From NCBI GenBank assembly GCA_964016885.1, contig OZ024749.1, positions 15,438,001 through 15,502,000 on the forward strand: a stretch of DNA of 64,000 nt. Reading direction: 5' to 3'. The notes under the pieces were generated by a model. It saw only the letters and a list, made by a program, of their open reading frames with translations. It was not told where the DNA came from and searched no databases. Positions 1 through 10,536 of the stretch are shown here, one piece after another. This DNA comes from Eledone cirrhosa (Eukaryota). Within the stretch, counting starts at the first letter, position 1, and each line of letters opens with the position of its first letter. Position numbers and translations under genes: made by a program.

Positions 1-2616
1 AGTGAGGAATACCTGTAGGTGCCGTAGCCTTAATGCGTGCCTACGCATCATCAACCACGGCATCCCCAGCCTTCCTTTCGAAGGTTGTTGGCAGCAGATG
101 GATCTTCTCACCATAGGAGGGCGCTTCTTCCAAAGAAATTGAAAGAGCATGCGTTCCATGGTGGTGAGTGTTTCCTTAGGGCAAGGCGCGACAGTCAGGC
201 GGTAGTAGGTGACGGACGCTATGTAAATGTTCGCCACATCTGCCCGACCTTTCAGGGACAGCTTACACTTGGCCCATTTCTGGGTCAGTGCAAACACCTT
301 GCTCGTAACCTCGCCCCAGTTCTTTTCCACCTGGAGGTCCGGTCCAAACCGGACCCCAAGCAACTTCACCGGGCCCTCCGTCCAGTGTCCGACGACACCG
401 TCGGGAGGCATTGGTCTGCCTCTCCACGTTCCGAGTTGCAGCCCGATGGATTTTTCCCGGTTCAGTTTCGCTCCTGACAACCTTTCGTATTCCTCCAGTA
501 AGGTACCGATCGCCTCGATCTCCGAGTCGGTCGATACCATTACTGTTACGTCATCGGCGTAGGACGACACCGCTTTGCTCAATCCTGGTTCCAGGGGGAT
601 ACCCTGCAACAACTCCAACTTCCTCAGTAAAGGCTCGAGAGTCAATACGTACAAAAGGGAGGAGAGAGGGCACCCCTGTCGAATGGATCGTGTGATTTCG
701 AACGGCTTCGAAAGGTAGCCGTTCACCTTGATCCTAGAACAGATGTGGTTGCTATGTAAGGCAGTGATCCAGCCTCTGAAAACAGGACCGAACTCAGCCG
801 CCGCTAGCACCGCATCCAGGTAACCATGGTCGACATTATCGAACGCCTTAGACTGATCCAAGTTGATCAGGGCCCCACCGAAGCCGGGTTTGTTGCCAAA
901 CCTCTCTATGATGTATCGCATGAGGTGGAGGTTGTCGTGAATGAACCTGGATGAGATAGCACATGTCTGCGCATATCCCACCAGGCTACCCACGACAAGC
1001 GCCAACCTCTTTGCTAACACCTTGGCCAAAATCTTTAACTCTGTGTTTAGCAGGGTTATGGGCCGAAAATTATTTATACTATCCCCCTTGTTCTCGTCCT
1101 TCCTCACCAGCGAGACTACGCGCTTGGCTACAGAACAAGGAATTCTCCCGTTCTGCTGCCAATTGCAGTAGACTGCTTCGAGGAGTTCGGAGAAGAAGAC
1201 CGGCATTGCTAAATAAAGTTCGTAAGGTATACCATCGAGACCTGGAGATTTGCGTCTGCTGCATTGGCTCAGCGCATCCCCGATTTCATCAGCCGAGATT
1301 GGTCCCTCGCAGGACTCTGCCTCTTCGCTCGAAAGACGCGGCAGGCCGTCGAGGCATGGACCGAAATCCACGTCCCCACCCGGACCCTCCCCTCCCCCGA
1401 ACAATCGTGCAAAGTGCCTTTGAAAGGCCTCGCACATCTGCTTAGTCTCCCGGATCACCCGTCCATCCTCGTCTTGCAAAGAGCGGATGGTGGATCGATT
1501 TCCACTCTTAGCTTCTGTCACGCGGGCCCAGCCAACGGCTTTGGCCCCCTCATTACCTAGAGCACGTATTTTACTTCGAATGACGCAGCCTTCGTGCTTT
1601 GCATCGAAAAACTGGCTCAAGGCCGTCCTCGATGCCAGCACTCTGGCCACATCTTCGCTCTTGATTGCCTCTTCTAATTTACCTGTTAATTCTTTCTCGT
1701 TCCTATTCCTATCGGCAGCTAACATCTTGCTATAACTTATTGATTCTGTTCTAATCTCTCTTTTGAGAGATGCCCACCATCAGTTGTTGACGATTGCACC
1801 CGTCAACCTCTCCTTAACTAATCTGCTAATCCGGTCTCGGTAAGCCTCTTTTGCCGGTAAAGACAAATTAAGTTTCCAGTAACCGGGACCCTGTCTATGT
1901 TTTCTCTCGAGGTTGACTACGCAGGTCACTAATTTGTGATCTGTATAGCCAACCGTGAGCATTTCTGGACAGCTTAATATGTCCCTATCCTTACTTCTAA
2001 CTAAGAATCTATCTAAGTACGATCTAGATTGACCACTGTGGTTCGTCCAAGTCCAGGTTGGCACAGTTGGAAAATCTAGTCGATATCTATCGACCAAGTT
2101 AAAACGGTCGAGTAACCCCTTGAGGCTGTTACACCCCCCTCTATTAGGACATGCTCCTGCATAGTCCCAACGTGGATCTAGGATGTCATTCCAATCCCCC
2201 GCTAGAAGCAGGGAACGCGACGTTCCCAGAAAAGTCTCCAGACGCTGGAAGAAGTCGGGTCGTTCAGCACCGAAAGGGGAGTAGACGGCGACCAGTCTCA
2301 AGGCCGCACCTCCACTACTGCCAACGTCTAGCACCAACAAACGACCTTCCGGGTCCGAGTGAACAATCTGTACGGCGAGACCTAGGTGTTTTTCCAGCAG
2401 TACGACAACCCCACCCCCACCTCCAGGTTGACAGAGAAATGCGTGCACCTCAAAGTCATTGAAGGTAGGGGCCAGCTGCCGCACGACGCTGATCCTAGTC
2501 TCACAGATAACCATTACATTTATACCACGTGACCTGAGGTCATTTAGAAGCTTTGCTTGCTTCCAAGTTGAGCTCAGGCCACGTGCATTCAAACATCCTA
2601 CTCTTAACACATCCAT
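1..2616 (-). pseudogene. ORF2 (APE endonuclease + reverse transcriptase) of copy A, interrupted by a nonsense codon at 1780-1782, partial at window edge
   Basis: The 278-aa ORF 2616-1780 ends in TGA where copy B has Arg (NN*WW vs NSRWW). The same frame is still in register at YADD (561-550) and at TVAPCPK (~190). Confidence 0.88.
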
Positions 2617-2676
2617 GTGGGCGGCAAAGCCAAAGGAGAGTCTGGAGACCTACCTTTCTGCTTCCCGGGGTTCGGG

Positions 2677-4530
2677 TCACACGACTTCCATGGGGTCGGG
2701 GGTGTTGGGTGAAGGGGTGTCTTGGGGTGGTGTGGGGTCGTCAGTGTGTGGTGGGGTTGGGGTGTTTGGAGTTGTGTTGGGGAGGGGAAGGGGAGGGAGA
2801 AAGCTTTTTAGGAGGACGCGGTTTATGGGTTTGACAGAGGGTGGTCCTACGTCCTCCTTAAAATCCTTTTTTAGTTTTTGGTAGAGGTTCATTGGGACCT
2901 TTATTAATTTTAATTGTGGGTTGTTTTCTGAAAAAAACAAAGTTTACCCCTTCGGTTTGTACCGAAGGGTTATTGTTTATGAGTTCATTTAATTTATTAT
3001 TGTTTCTGTTGATGTATATATAGTGTAATGTCTTTTTTTCGGATGGTGTGAGTGTTTCGAAGAGGGGAGGGGCAGGTTTGGTTTGGTTTGTTGTTGGAGG
3101 GGTGTTGACATTTGGATAGGGGCTGTTTGGCCTTGTGTGTTTTGCACATGTTTTCTTTTTTTCCTTTTAATCTGTCTGAAGGACTCCGTTTCTTCCTCCG
3201 AATTCGTTGGGTTATCTTCAGTGTTGGAGGGAAGAGGTATGTTTGCTGGTAATGTTTCCGTGTTGGTTTTCTTTGTGGGGGAGATGGATGTCACTATGTT
3301 AGACTGTGTTGTGTGTTGTGTCTGCGGTGGTTGTGTTGTTTTATTGAGTGAGAGGTTGGGTGGGCCTGTATTTTGTTTTGGGGTAATGTGTTGTGACTGT
3401 TTGTGTTGTGGTGGTGTTGTGGTTTTACTGAGGGACGGGTTGGGTGGGACTGAGTTTTGTTGTTTGTTTATCTGTTGTGGTGGTGGTGGTGGAGCTGGTG
3501 TTGGTAGCAGGGTTTTCTTTTTGTTGAGTTGGGGACAAGCGGCCTTCAGGTGCCCTCTGCCTGCACAGATATGGCAGAACGGCCTTCTCCCCTCCACGCT
3601 AATGTTTATATACCCGTGGTCCTCTAATAGGATTCTGTCGGGTATTTGGGCGATGCGTTCAGGCTTCATTTGTACTACAAGTTCTATACCTGTTCCACTG
3701 AACGCATTGCCTGTGGTTTTCCCAATGGAAATCACGTTGTCATTCACTGGATCGATGAAGCCAGCTATGAGCCAGCAGTAGTCCACATCTGGCATCATTG
3801 CATCCAGCCATATGCGCTGAGTTCTTTTCCCCATATAAGATGGATAAAAGGTGAAATTTTTCGAACGAATCGGTGACAAAGCACATTTTTTTGCCGCCGA
3901 TTCGTTCTTCATGATAATTGCTAGGCTTCCATACAGTCTGTCTTTTCTTATGAAAGTTGTTTCATTCAGTACTTCTGTGAGTACTGTTTTGATATCTGCT
4001 TGAGAAGGCTGTTCAGGTTTTTTTGTACTGTTGTTGATGGTCCGAAACTTGACCGTTCGGCTTTCAATGTCTTTCGTGAATTCTTGAGGCATTTTTACCG
4101 ATAAAATGCCATTCTCTCCTTCACTTATGTATTGTTTGGCGTCCGTGATCCTTCGTACCACATCTGAAATGTTTTCCGCTATATAAGTCAAAGATTTCTT
4201 TGTTTTCTGTGCGAATGAAATCTTGTCGTCTGCTTTGTTTTCTGATATGGTGTTATTTTCAACTGTTATTTTTTTGTTTGTTGTGTCTTTGTTTGTGTTA
4301 TTAGTATTGTCATGCAATTTTTCAAATTTTTTTTTTTCGTTGTTGGAATCCAAGTCCAGATTTGTGTTTTCGTCATTTAATTTTTTCTCCGCAGATTCGT
4401 CCGTTTTTATTTTAATTTTTCCTTCCTTCTCTATGACGTTAGTTGGGAAGGAAGGGGGGACTAAAGCGTGCGAGCTTACAACTCTTACCGCTGTCCCCCC
4501 ACCACTATTTTCGTTCGCTGCGTTTAACAT
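2677..4530 (-). pseudogene. ORF1 (Gag-like nucleic-acid-binding protein, CCHC knuckle, Pro/Thr/Gln-rich linker, KRKKRKH basic motif) of copy A with two frameshifts
   Basis: CHICAGRGHLKAAC knuckle. Homology to copy B ORF1 continues in another frame from ~3110-3150 (NTPP..ETLTPSEKKTLHYIYIN..LINNNPSVQTEG), then shifts again at the A7 run 2931-2937 into ORF 2940-2677. Confidence 0.82.
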
Positions 4531-4760
4531 TTCTGTTAGACGATTGAAATTTTTTACACAAAATTTTTTAAAACAGGTTTTTCACCTCTAGGAGGGGTAA
4601 AGATGAGCTGACCCACCGCCTGACAGTTCAGACGGAGGGTCAAGCTACACAATTGTATCAAAATTAAGTTTGAACTCACAAAATTTCCTCAATAAATTTG
4701 AACAAAACTTCTGTGCGAAGTGAATGACATCCACACTGTAGAACAGACGACAGCTAGATT

Positions 4761-4799
<39 letters not shown>
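4761..4799 (+). repeat. (GATA)n microsatellite (~9-10 units) joining the 3' end of copy B to the 5' end of copy A
   Basis: atagatagat...agata read directly; no other sequence lies between the two elements. Confidence 0.97.
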
Positions 4800-4800
<1 letters not shown>

Positions 4801-4807
4801 ATTTCTA

Positions 4808-4813
4808 TTTATT
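4808..4813 (-). promoter_or_regulatory. AATAAA polyadenylation-like signal at the 3' end of copy B, 8 nt before the (TATC)n tract
   Basis: Minus strand reads GGCA-AATAAA-TAGAAATT-(TATC)n; no poly(A) tail is present. Confidence 0.6.
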
Positions 4814-5031
4814 TGCCACGAGGGCACAAAAGAAGGGGACATTTACACAGTGGGGGAGTTTACATAAATCGAGTAAAGAAAAAAGGAATAACAATAATAA
4901 TATAACAATAAAAAGTCCTCAAAAGGGAGGGGGCGTGTTGGGGATTGCACATACCCCCGAAAAGTGTGCAACTCTTTTCGCGGGGGAAGCCCAGAGAGGA
5001 GGCGCTCCCCCTTTCCTCTTCACTTCTTCAC

Positions 5032-8000
5032 CTACAGAACAATGTAGAGAGAAGGCCCATTTACACGGGCCATTCTCGCTTCTTTCACCCACCTTTCATA
5101 AAACTGTCTGGGACCAAGCACTTCTCTCTCCATCCTGATTCTTCTTCCGAAGTGGTATCGGAAGAAGTAAACCAGGTGATGGCCGGAGAGAAAGTCACCC
5201 GACCTCAGACCTTTCAGGCGCGTCCACCACACAACCTCTTTCATCATGGCTATTACGCACAGAAAGACCGCCTCTGCTTCATTTCTGAAGGGAGGAGGCG
5301 GCTTGATGTTCACCACAGACTCGGCGGTTAATCGAATCGGCGCCACACGCGACAGCAGTCGTTCGACGTAGCCCCACAGATCGGCAACGCCCGGGCAGTG
5401 TACCAGTGCATGCGCAACGGTTTTCGTCGCGCACGCATCTGGGACAGATCTTTTTCGCGGGATCCCTGCCCGGGCGCCCGTGTCTGTAGAGCTTTTCTCG
5501 AACGGGCAGAGCCCCCCGGTAACACTGCCAGGCTAGGGACCTCTGGAAGTTGTCCATGGGTCCCGGGCCGAAAGTTCTACCGAACAGGCTGGCCAGTTCG
5601 TCCTCCTCCATGCCTAGCGACTCTCCAAGGGTGTCGTCGCCCCTGCTAGCCACCAACCCTCTATAGAATGTCGAGGTGGATTCTCCACTGACAGTCGGGT
5701 CCGCTTGCCAGATAGCCGTGAGCGCCTGGGCACACTCAGTGTGCCAGTTGCCCAGTTTTCTCGGTCTTTGCTTCACCCAGGATTGCAGTTCGGTGAGCGA
5801 GACGAGCTGTGGGAAGGCTCGCCTCACAAACGGGGCCCACACCGGCTGACCGTTGAGGAATACCTGTAGATGCCGTAGCCTCAATGCGTGCCTACGCATC
5901 AACAGCCACGGCATACCCAGCCCTCCTTTCGAAGGGTGCTGGCAGCAGATGGATCTCCTCACCATGGGAGGCCGCTTCTTCCAGAGGAACTGGAAGAGCA
6001 TGCGTTCCATGATGGTGAGCTTTTCCTTGGGGCAAGGCACGACGGTCAGGCGGTAGTAGATGACGGACGCTATGTAAGCGTTCGTCACCTCCGCCCGACC
6101 TTTCAGTGATAGTTTGCACTTGGCCCACTTCTGGGTCAGCGCAAACACCCTGCTCGTCACCTCGCCCCAATTCTTCTCCACCTGGAGGTCCGGTCCGAAC
6201 CAGACCCCGAGCAGCTTCACCGGGCCCTCCGTCCACCGCCCGACGACACCGTCTAACGGCATCGGTTTGCCCCTCCACGTTCCGAGTTGCAAACCGACTG
6301 ACTTGTCCTGGTTCAGCTTAGCCCCCGTCAGCCTTTCGTATTCCTCCAGTAGGGTGGCGATCGCCCCGATTTCCGAGGCGTCCGCCACCATTACTGTTAC
6401 GTCGTCGGCATAGGCCGAGACCGCTTTGTGCAATCCCGGTTCCAGGGGTATGCCCCGCAGCAACTCCAACTTCCGCAGCAGTGGCTCGAGAGTCAATACG
6501 TACAGAAGGGAGGAGAGGGGGCACCCCTGTCTGATGGATCGGGTGATTTGAAACGGCTCCGAGAGGTAGCCGTTTACTTTAATCCTAGAGTAGATGTTGC
6601 CACTGTGCATGGCAGAAATCCAGCCCCTGAAAACGGGTCCGAAGCCCGCCGCCGCTAGCACCGCATCCAGGTAACCATGGTCGACCCTATCGAACGCCTT
6701 AGATTGATCCAAGTTGATCAGGGCCCCACCAAAGCCGGGTTCGTAGCCAACCCTCTCTATGATGTATCGCATGAGGTGGAGGTTGTCGTGAATGGACCTG
6801 GACGGGATAGCGCATGTCTGCGCGTCTCCCACCAAACCACCCACCACAAGCGCCAACCTCTTCGCCAACACCTTGGCCAAAATCTGTAACTCTGCATTCA
6901 GCAGAGTTATGGGCCTAAAGTTACTTAAGTCGTCCCCCTTGCTCTCGTCCTTCCTCACTAGCGTGACCACGCCCTTGGTCACAGAACAGGGAATTCTCCC
7001 GTTCTGTTGCCAGTTGCAATAGACAGCCTCGAGGAGTTCGGAGAACAAGACCGGCATAGCTAAATAAAGTTCGTATGGTAGACCATCGAGACCCGGGGAT
7101 TTGCGTCTGCTGCATTGGCTGAGCGCTTCCCCGATTTCAGTGGCTGTGATTGGCCTTTCGCAGCACTCCGCTTCGCCGCTCGAAAGACGCGGTAGACCGT
7201 CGAGGTATGGACCGAAGTCCACATCCCCGTCCGGCCCCCCGCCACCTCCGAACAGTCGAGCAAAGTGCCTTTGAAAGGTCTCGCACATTCGCTCAGGTTC
7301 AAGGATCACCCGTCCATCCTGGTCTCGCAAAGACCGAATGGTGGATTTAATCCCACTCTTGGCTTCTGTCACGCGGGCCCAGCTAACAGCTTTGGTCCCC
7401 TCGTTTCCTAAAGCACGTATTTTACTTCGGACAACGCAGCCTTCGTGCTTCGCGTCAAAGAACTGGCTCAATGCCGTTCTCGTCGCTAACACTCTGGCTA
7501 CGTCTCCGCTCCTAATCGCCTCTTCTAGTTTATCTGTTAACTCCCTTTCCCTCCTATTTCTATTCGCCGCTAGTTCCTTACTGTAACCTATCGAACTTAC
7601 TCTAATCTCTCTCTTTAGAGATATCCACCACCTACTGTTGACGATCGCTCCCGTCAACCGCATCTTAACTAAGCTACTAATCCGGTTTCTGTAATCTTTC
7701 TTTGTCGGTAAGGACAAGTTCATCTTCCAGTAACCGGGACCCTGTCTATGCGTTCTATCAAGGTTGACCACGCAGGTCACTAATTTGTGATCTGAATAGC
7801 CAACCATGATCAGTTCTGGACAACTAAATACGTCCCTATCCTTACTCCTAACCAAAAACCTATCTAGGTACGATCTAGATTGTCCACTGCGGTTTGCCCA
7901 GGTCCAGGTTGGCGCAGTTGGACAATCTAGTCGAAATCTATCGACCAGGTCGAATCGATCGAGTAACCCCTTGAGGCTGCTACACCCCCCTCTATCGGGA

Positions 8001-8458
8001 CATGCCCCTGCATAGTCCCAACGCGCATCTAGGATTCCATTCCAGTCCCCCACTAAAAGCAGGGAACGCGACGTTCCTAGAAAAGTCTCCAGACGTTGGA
8101 AGAAGTCGGCTCTCTCCGCCCCGAAGGGAGCATAAAGACCGACCAGTCTGAAAGCCCCGCCTTCACCACCTCCGACGTCCAGCACCAGTAATCGACCCCC
8201 CGGGTCCGAGTGAACAATCTGTACGTCGAGAGTCAGACGTTTATCCAGCAGTACGGCAACTCCCCCCCCGCCTCCGGGTTGACAGAGAGATGCGTGCATC
8301 TCAAAGTCATCGAAGGCGGGCGCCAGCTGTCTCACGCTGCTGATCCGACTCTCGCAAACAACCATCACATCTATACTTTGTGACCTGAGGTCACTTAGAA
8401 GCTTTGCTTGCTTCCAAGCTGAGCTCAGGCCACGCGCGTTCAAACAGCCAACTCTCAA
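5032..8458 (-). CDS. ORF2 of copy B: APE endonuclease, reverse transcriptase, C-terminal CCHC zinc knuckle; one frameshift at ~5421-5425, no ATG at the expected start
   Basis: 1059-aa ORF with GDWN/SDH, KSPGLDG, RPITLLN, DQSKAFD, QGCPLS and YADD (6401-6412). After CPRC the homologous frame (TVAHALVHC...GPSLYIVL*) shifts into ORF 5346-5032, matching copy C. Confidence 0.88.
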
Positions 8459-8463
8459 TTGAT

Positions 8464-10299
8464 CTATTTTGGTGTTGAAAGTGAAGAAAGAAAAGCACTT
8501 ACCTCTCCGGGTTGCGTAATTTCCATGGCATCAGGTGTGTTGGGTGGAGGAATGTTTTGTGGTGGTGTGGGGGTACACGTGTGTGGTGGGGTTGGGGTAT
8601 TTGGAGTTGTGTCAGGGAGAGGGGCGGTTATGGGGAAATCTTTCAAGAGGACGCGATTCAACGGTTTTAAACAGGGGGGGCTCACGTCCCGTCTAAATTG
8701 TTCTTTTAAGGAACGATAAAGGTCCAGAGGGACCTTTATCATTTTTAAATGGGTGAAGTTCTCTGTTGAGATAAAGTTTGGCCCTTCGGTCTGCACCATA
8801 GGGTTATTGTTTATTAATTTAACCAGTTTTTTGTTTTCTTTATTTATATATGTGTATTGCAACGTCTTTTTTTGTGATGCTGTCAATGTTTCGGAGAGGG
8901 GAGGCGCAGATTTATTTTTGTTTGTTGAGGGTGGGGTGTTTTTGATTGGAGTTGGTGTTTGTGTGTGGGTTATTTGTGGTGTGCTGGGTGTGTGTTTTCT
9001 TTTTTTTCTTTTAACTTGTCTGAAGGCTTCTCCTCCTTCTTCTTCAGAAGTTGGGGGAAACTCTTCAGCGCTAGGTGGGAGGGACGTGTTGTGTGGTTGT
9101 TTTTTTTTTGCGGGAGGGGTAGATTTGTTACTGTTTTTTTTATTATTTGTTTGGAATGGGTTTTGTGGTGGTGGTGGTGGTAATGTTTGTGTCGTGCTTG
9201 TGGTTGGTAATGGTGGTGGTGATGTTTGTGTTGTGGTTGGTGGTGGTGATTTTTGTGTCGTGCTTGTGTTTGGTGCTGGTGGTGGTGATGTTTGTGTTGT
9301 GTTTGTGGTTGGTGGTGTCTGTATTTTGTTTGCTGTGTGTGGTATTAGTGTATTTTTGGAGGTGGGTGGTGCTGGTGTACTGTTTGTGGTGGGTGTGGGC
9401 AATAGTCCTTTTTGGGGGATACGTTTCGGGCAGTTAGCCTTAACGTGTCCCCTTTCCATGCATAAATAGCATGCTGGTCTTCTCCCCTCTACAATTATGT
9501 CTATTGGGGTAAGGTCATCCAGCCAGATGCGATCCGGGATTTGTGCTATTCTTTCGGGCCTCATTTGGACTAGTATGTCGAGGCCCATTCCCAGGAACGC
9601 ATCTCCAGTTGCCTTCCCCATTGACAGCATAGTGTCTTCGCCCATATCAATGAAGCCAGCAATAGCCCACCAGAAGTCCATTGTGGGCAGCATTGTTTTT
9701 ACTTTTATTCTCTGTGTTCTTCTACCCATGTAGGAGGGATAGAAGCTATATGTTGTCGACGAGAGTGGGCTTAGGGAAAGCTGAACCGCCGTTTCTTTGT
9801 CTCTTGTTAGGACCGAAATGCTGCCATAGAGTCGGTCCTTTCGTATGAAGAGAATATTCTTCATATAGTCTTTTAGGACTAACTCTATTTCCATTTGGCT
9901 GGGCTGTGCTGGCTTTCTTGACTGGTTTAGTATAGTTCTGTATATAACTGTGTTTTCTGCTCTGGCTTTCTTGAATTCTGGGGGGGAGTTAATGGAAAAC
10001 ATTCCGTTCTCCCCCAAAACAATATGTTTCTTTGCTTCGGCCAGTTTTTCTCTGGCGGCAGTTAGGTCAATTGGTGTGTATGTAATGGATTGCTTTGTTT
10101 TCTGGGCGAAAGTTGCCCTGTCGTTATTTGTATTATTTTCTGTTTGTTTGTTTTCTGTTTGCTCATTTTCCTTAACATTTGTTTTTTCATTTTGTTTGTT
10201 TGTTTCAATGTCTAATTTTGTTGTAATTATTTTTTGTTCTTCAGACTTGGGGGGCGTGGCAGAGCTAATGGCAGACATGTCTGCCATCTTTTCCGCCAT
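8464..10299 (-). CDS. ORF1 of copy B (CCHC knuckle, Pro/Thr-rich linker, basic motif), intact
   Basis: Open frame (track 10326-8464; first ATG at 10299, MAEKMADM). CYLCMERGHVKANC knuckle. Shared blocks with copy A ORF1: FIRKDRLYGS, FYPSYMG, ERIAQIPDRI, VEGRRP. Confidence 0.9.
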   Translation of the reverse strand: MAEKMADMSAISSATPPKSEEQKIITTKLDIETNKQNEKTNVKENEQTENKQTENNTNNDRATFAQKTKQSITYTPIDLTAAREKLAEAKKHIVLGENGMFSINSPPEFKKARAENTVIYRTILNQSRKPAQPSQMEIELVLKDYMKNILFIRKDRLYGSISVLTRDKETAVQLSLSPLSSTTYSFYPSYMGRRTQRIKVKTMLPTMDFWWAIAGFIDMGEDTMLSMGKATGDAFLGMGLDILVQMRPERIAQIPDRIWLDDLTPIDIIVEGRRPACYLCMERGHVKANCPKRIPQKGLLPTPTTNSTPAPPTSKNTLIPHTANKIQTPPTTNTTQTSPPPAPNTSTTQKSPPPTTTQTSPPPLPTTSTTQTLPPPPPQNPFQTNNKKNSNKSTPPAKKKQPHNTSLPPSAEEFPPTSEEEGGEAFRQVKRKKRKHTPSTPQITHTQTPTPIKNTPPSTNKNKSAPPLSETLTASQKKTLQYTYINKENKKLVKLINNNPMVQTEGPNFISTENFTHLKMIKVPLDLYRSLKEQFRRDVSPPCLKPLNRVLLKDFPITAPLPDTTPNTPTPPHTCTPTPPQNIPPPNTPDAMEITQPGEVSAFLSSLSTPK

Positions 10300-10500
10300 G
10301 CTGCCAAGAAAGAAATTTTTCGGCAAAAATAGATATTTATTTTACCCCCTAAAAAGGGGGTAAATGCAAAAATGTTTCCCTAAATAACAGGGGTTAGTGT
10401 TCCAAATGTGTTGCACTAAAAAATTTATCCGGTACTTACAATAGTAAGGGTAAATCCCGATGGAATAGCGGAGCCGATGCGAAGCGTGTCTTACTCTATC

Positions 10501-10502
<2 letters not shown>

Positions 10503-10534
<32 letters not shown>
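10503..10534 (+). repeat. (GATA)8 microsatellite joining the truncated 3' end of copy C to the 5' end of copy B
   Basis: 32 nt of perfect GATA read directly. Confidence 0.97.

Positions 10535-10536
<2 letters not shown>

Larger units (their letters stand above)
1..4760 (-). mobile_element. L1/Tx1-clade non-LTR retrotransposon, copy A (5' UTR, ORF1, ORF2; 3' part runs off the left edge of the window)
   Basis: ORF1 with CX2CX4HX4C knuckle, then ORF2 with APE endonuclease motifs (LNARGL, GDWN, YLDRF, DHK) and RT YADD at 550-561. The 5' end abuts the (GATA)n tract at 4761. Confidence 0.93.
4800..10502 (-). mobile_element. L1/Tx1-clade non-LTR retrotransposon, copy B, apparently full length (~5.7 kb)
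   Basis: 5' UTR, intact ORF1, ORF2 (APE-RT-CCHC) and a ~230-nt 3' UTR with AATAAA. Bounded on both sides by (GATA)n. Confidence 0.95.

Noticed and set aside
4761-10534. Target-site duplication or LTR interpretation of copy B
   Set aside because: Flanks are pure GATA, so a TSD cannot be delimited; there are no LTRs, integrase or protease, and the APE-RT architecture is non-LTR.
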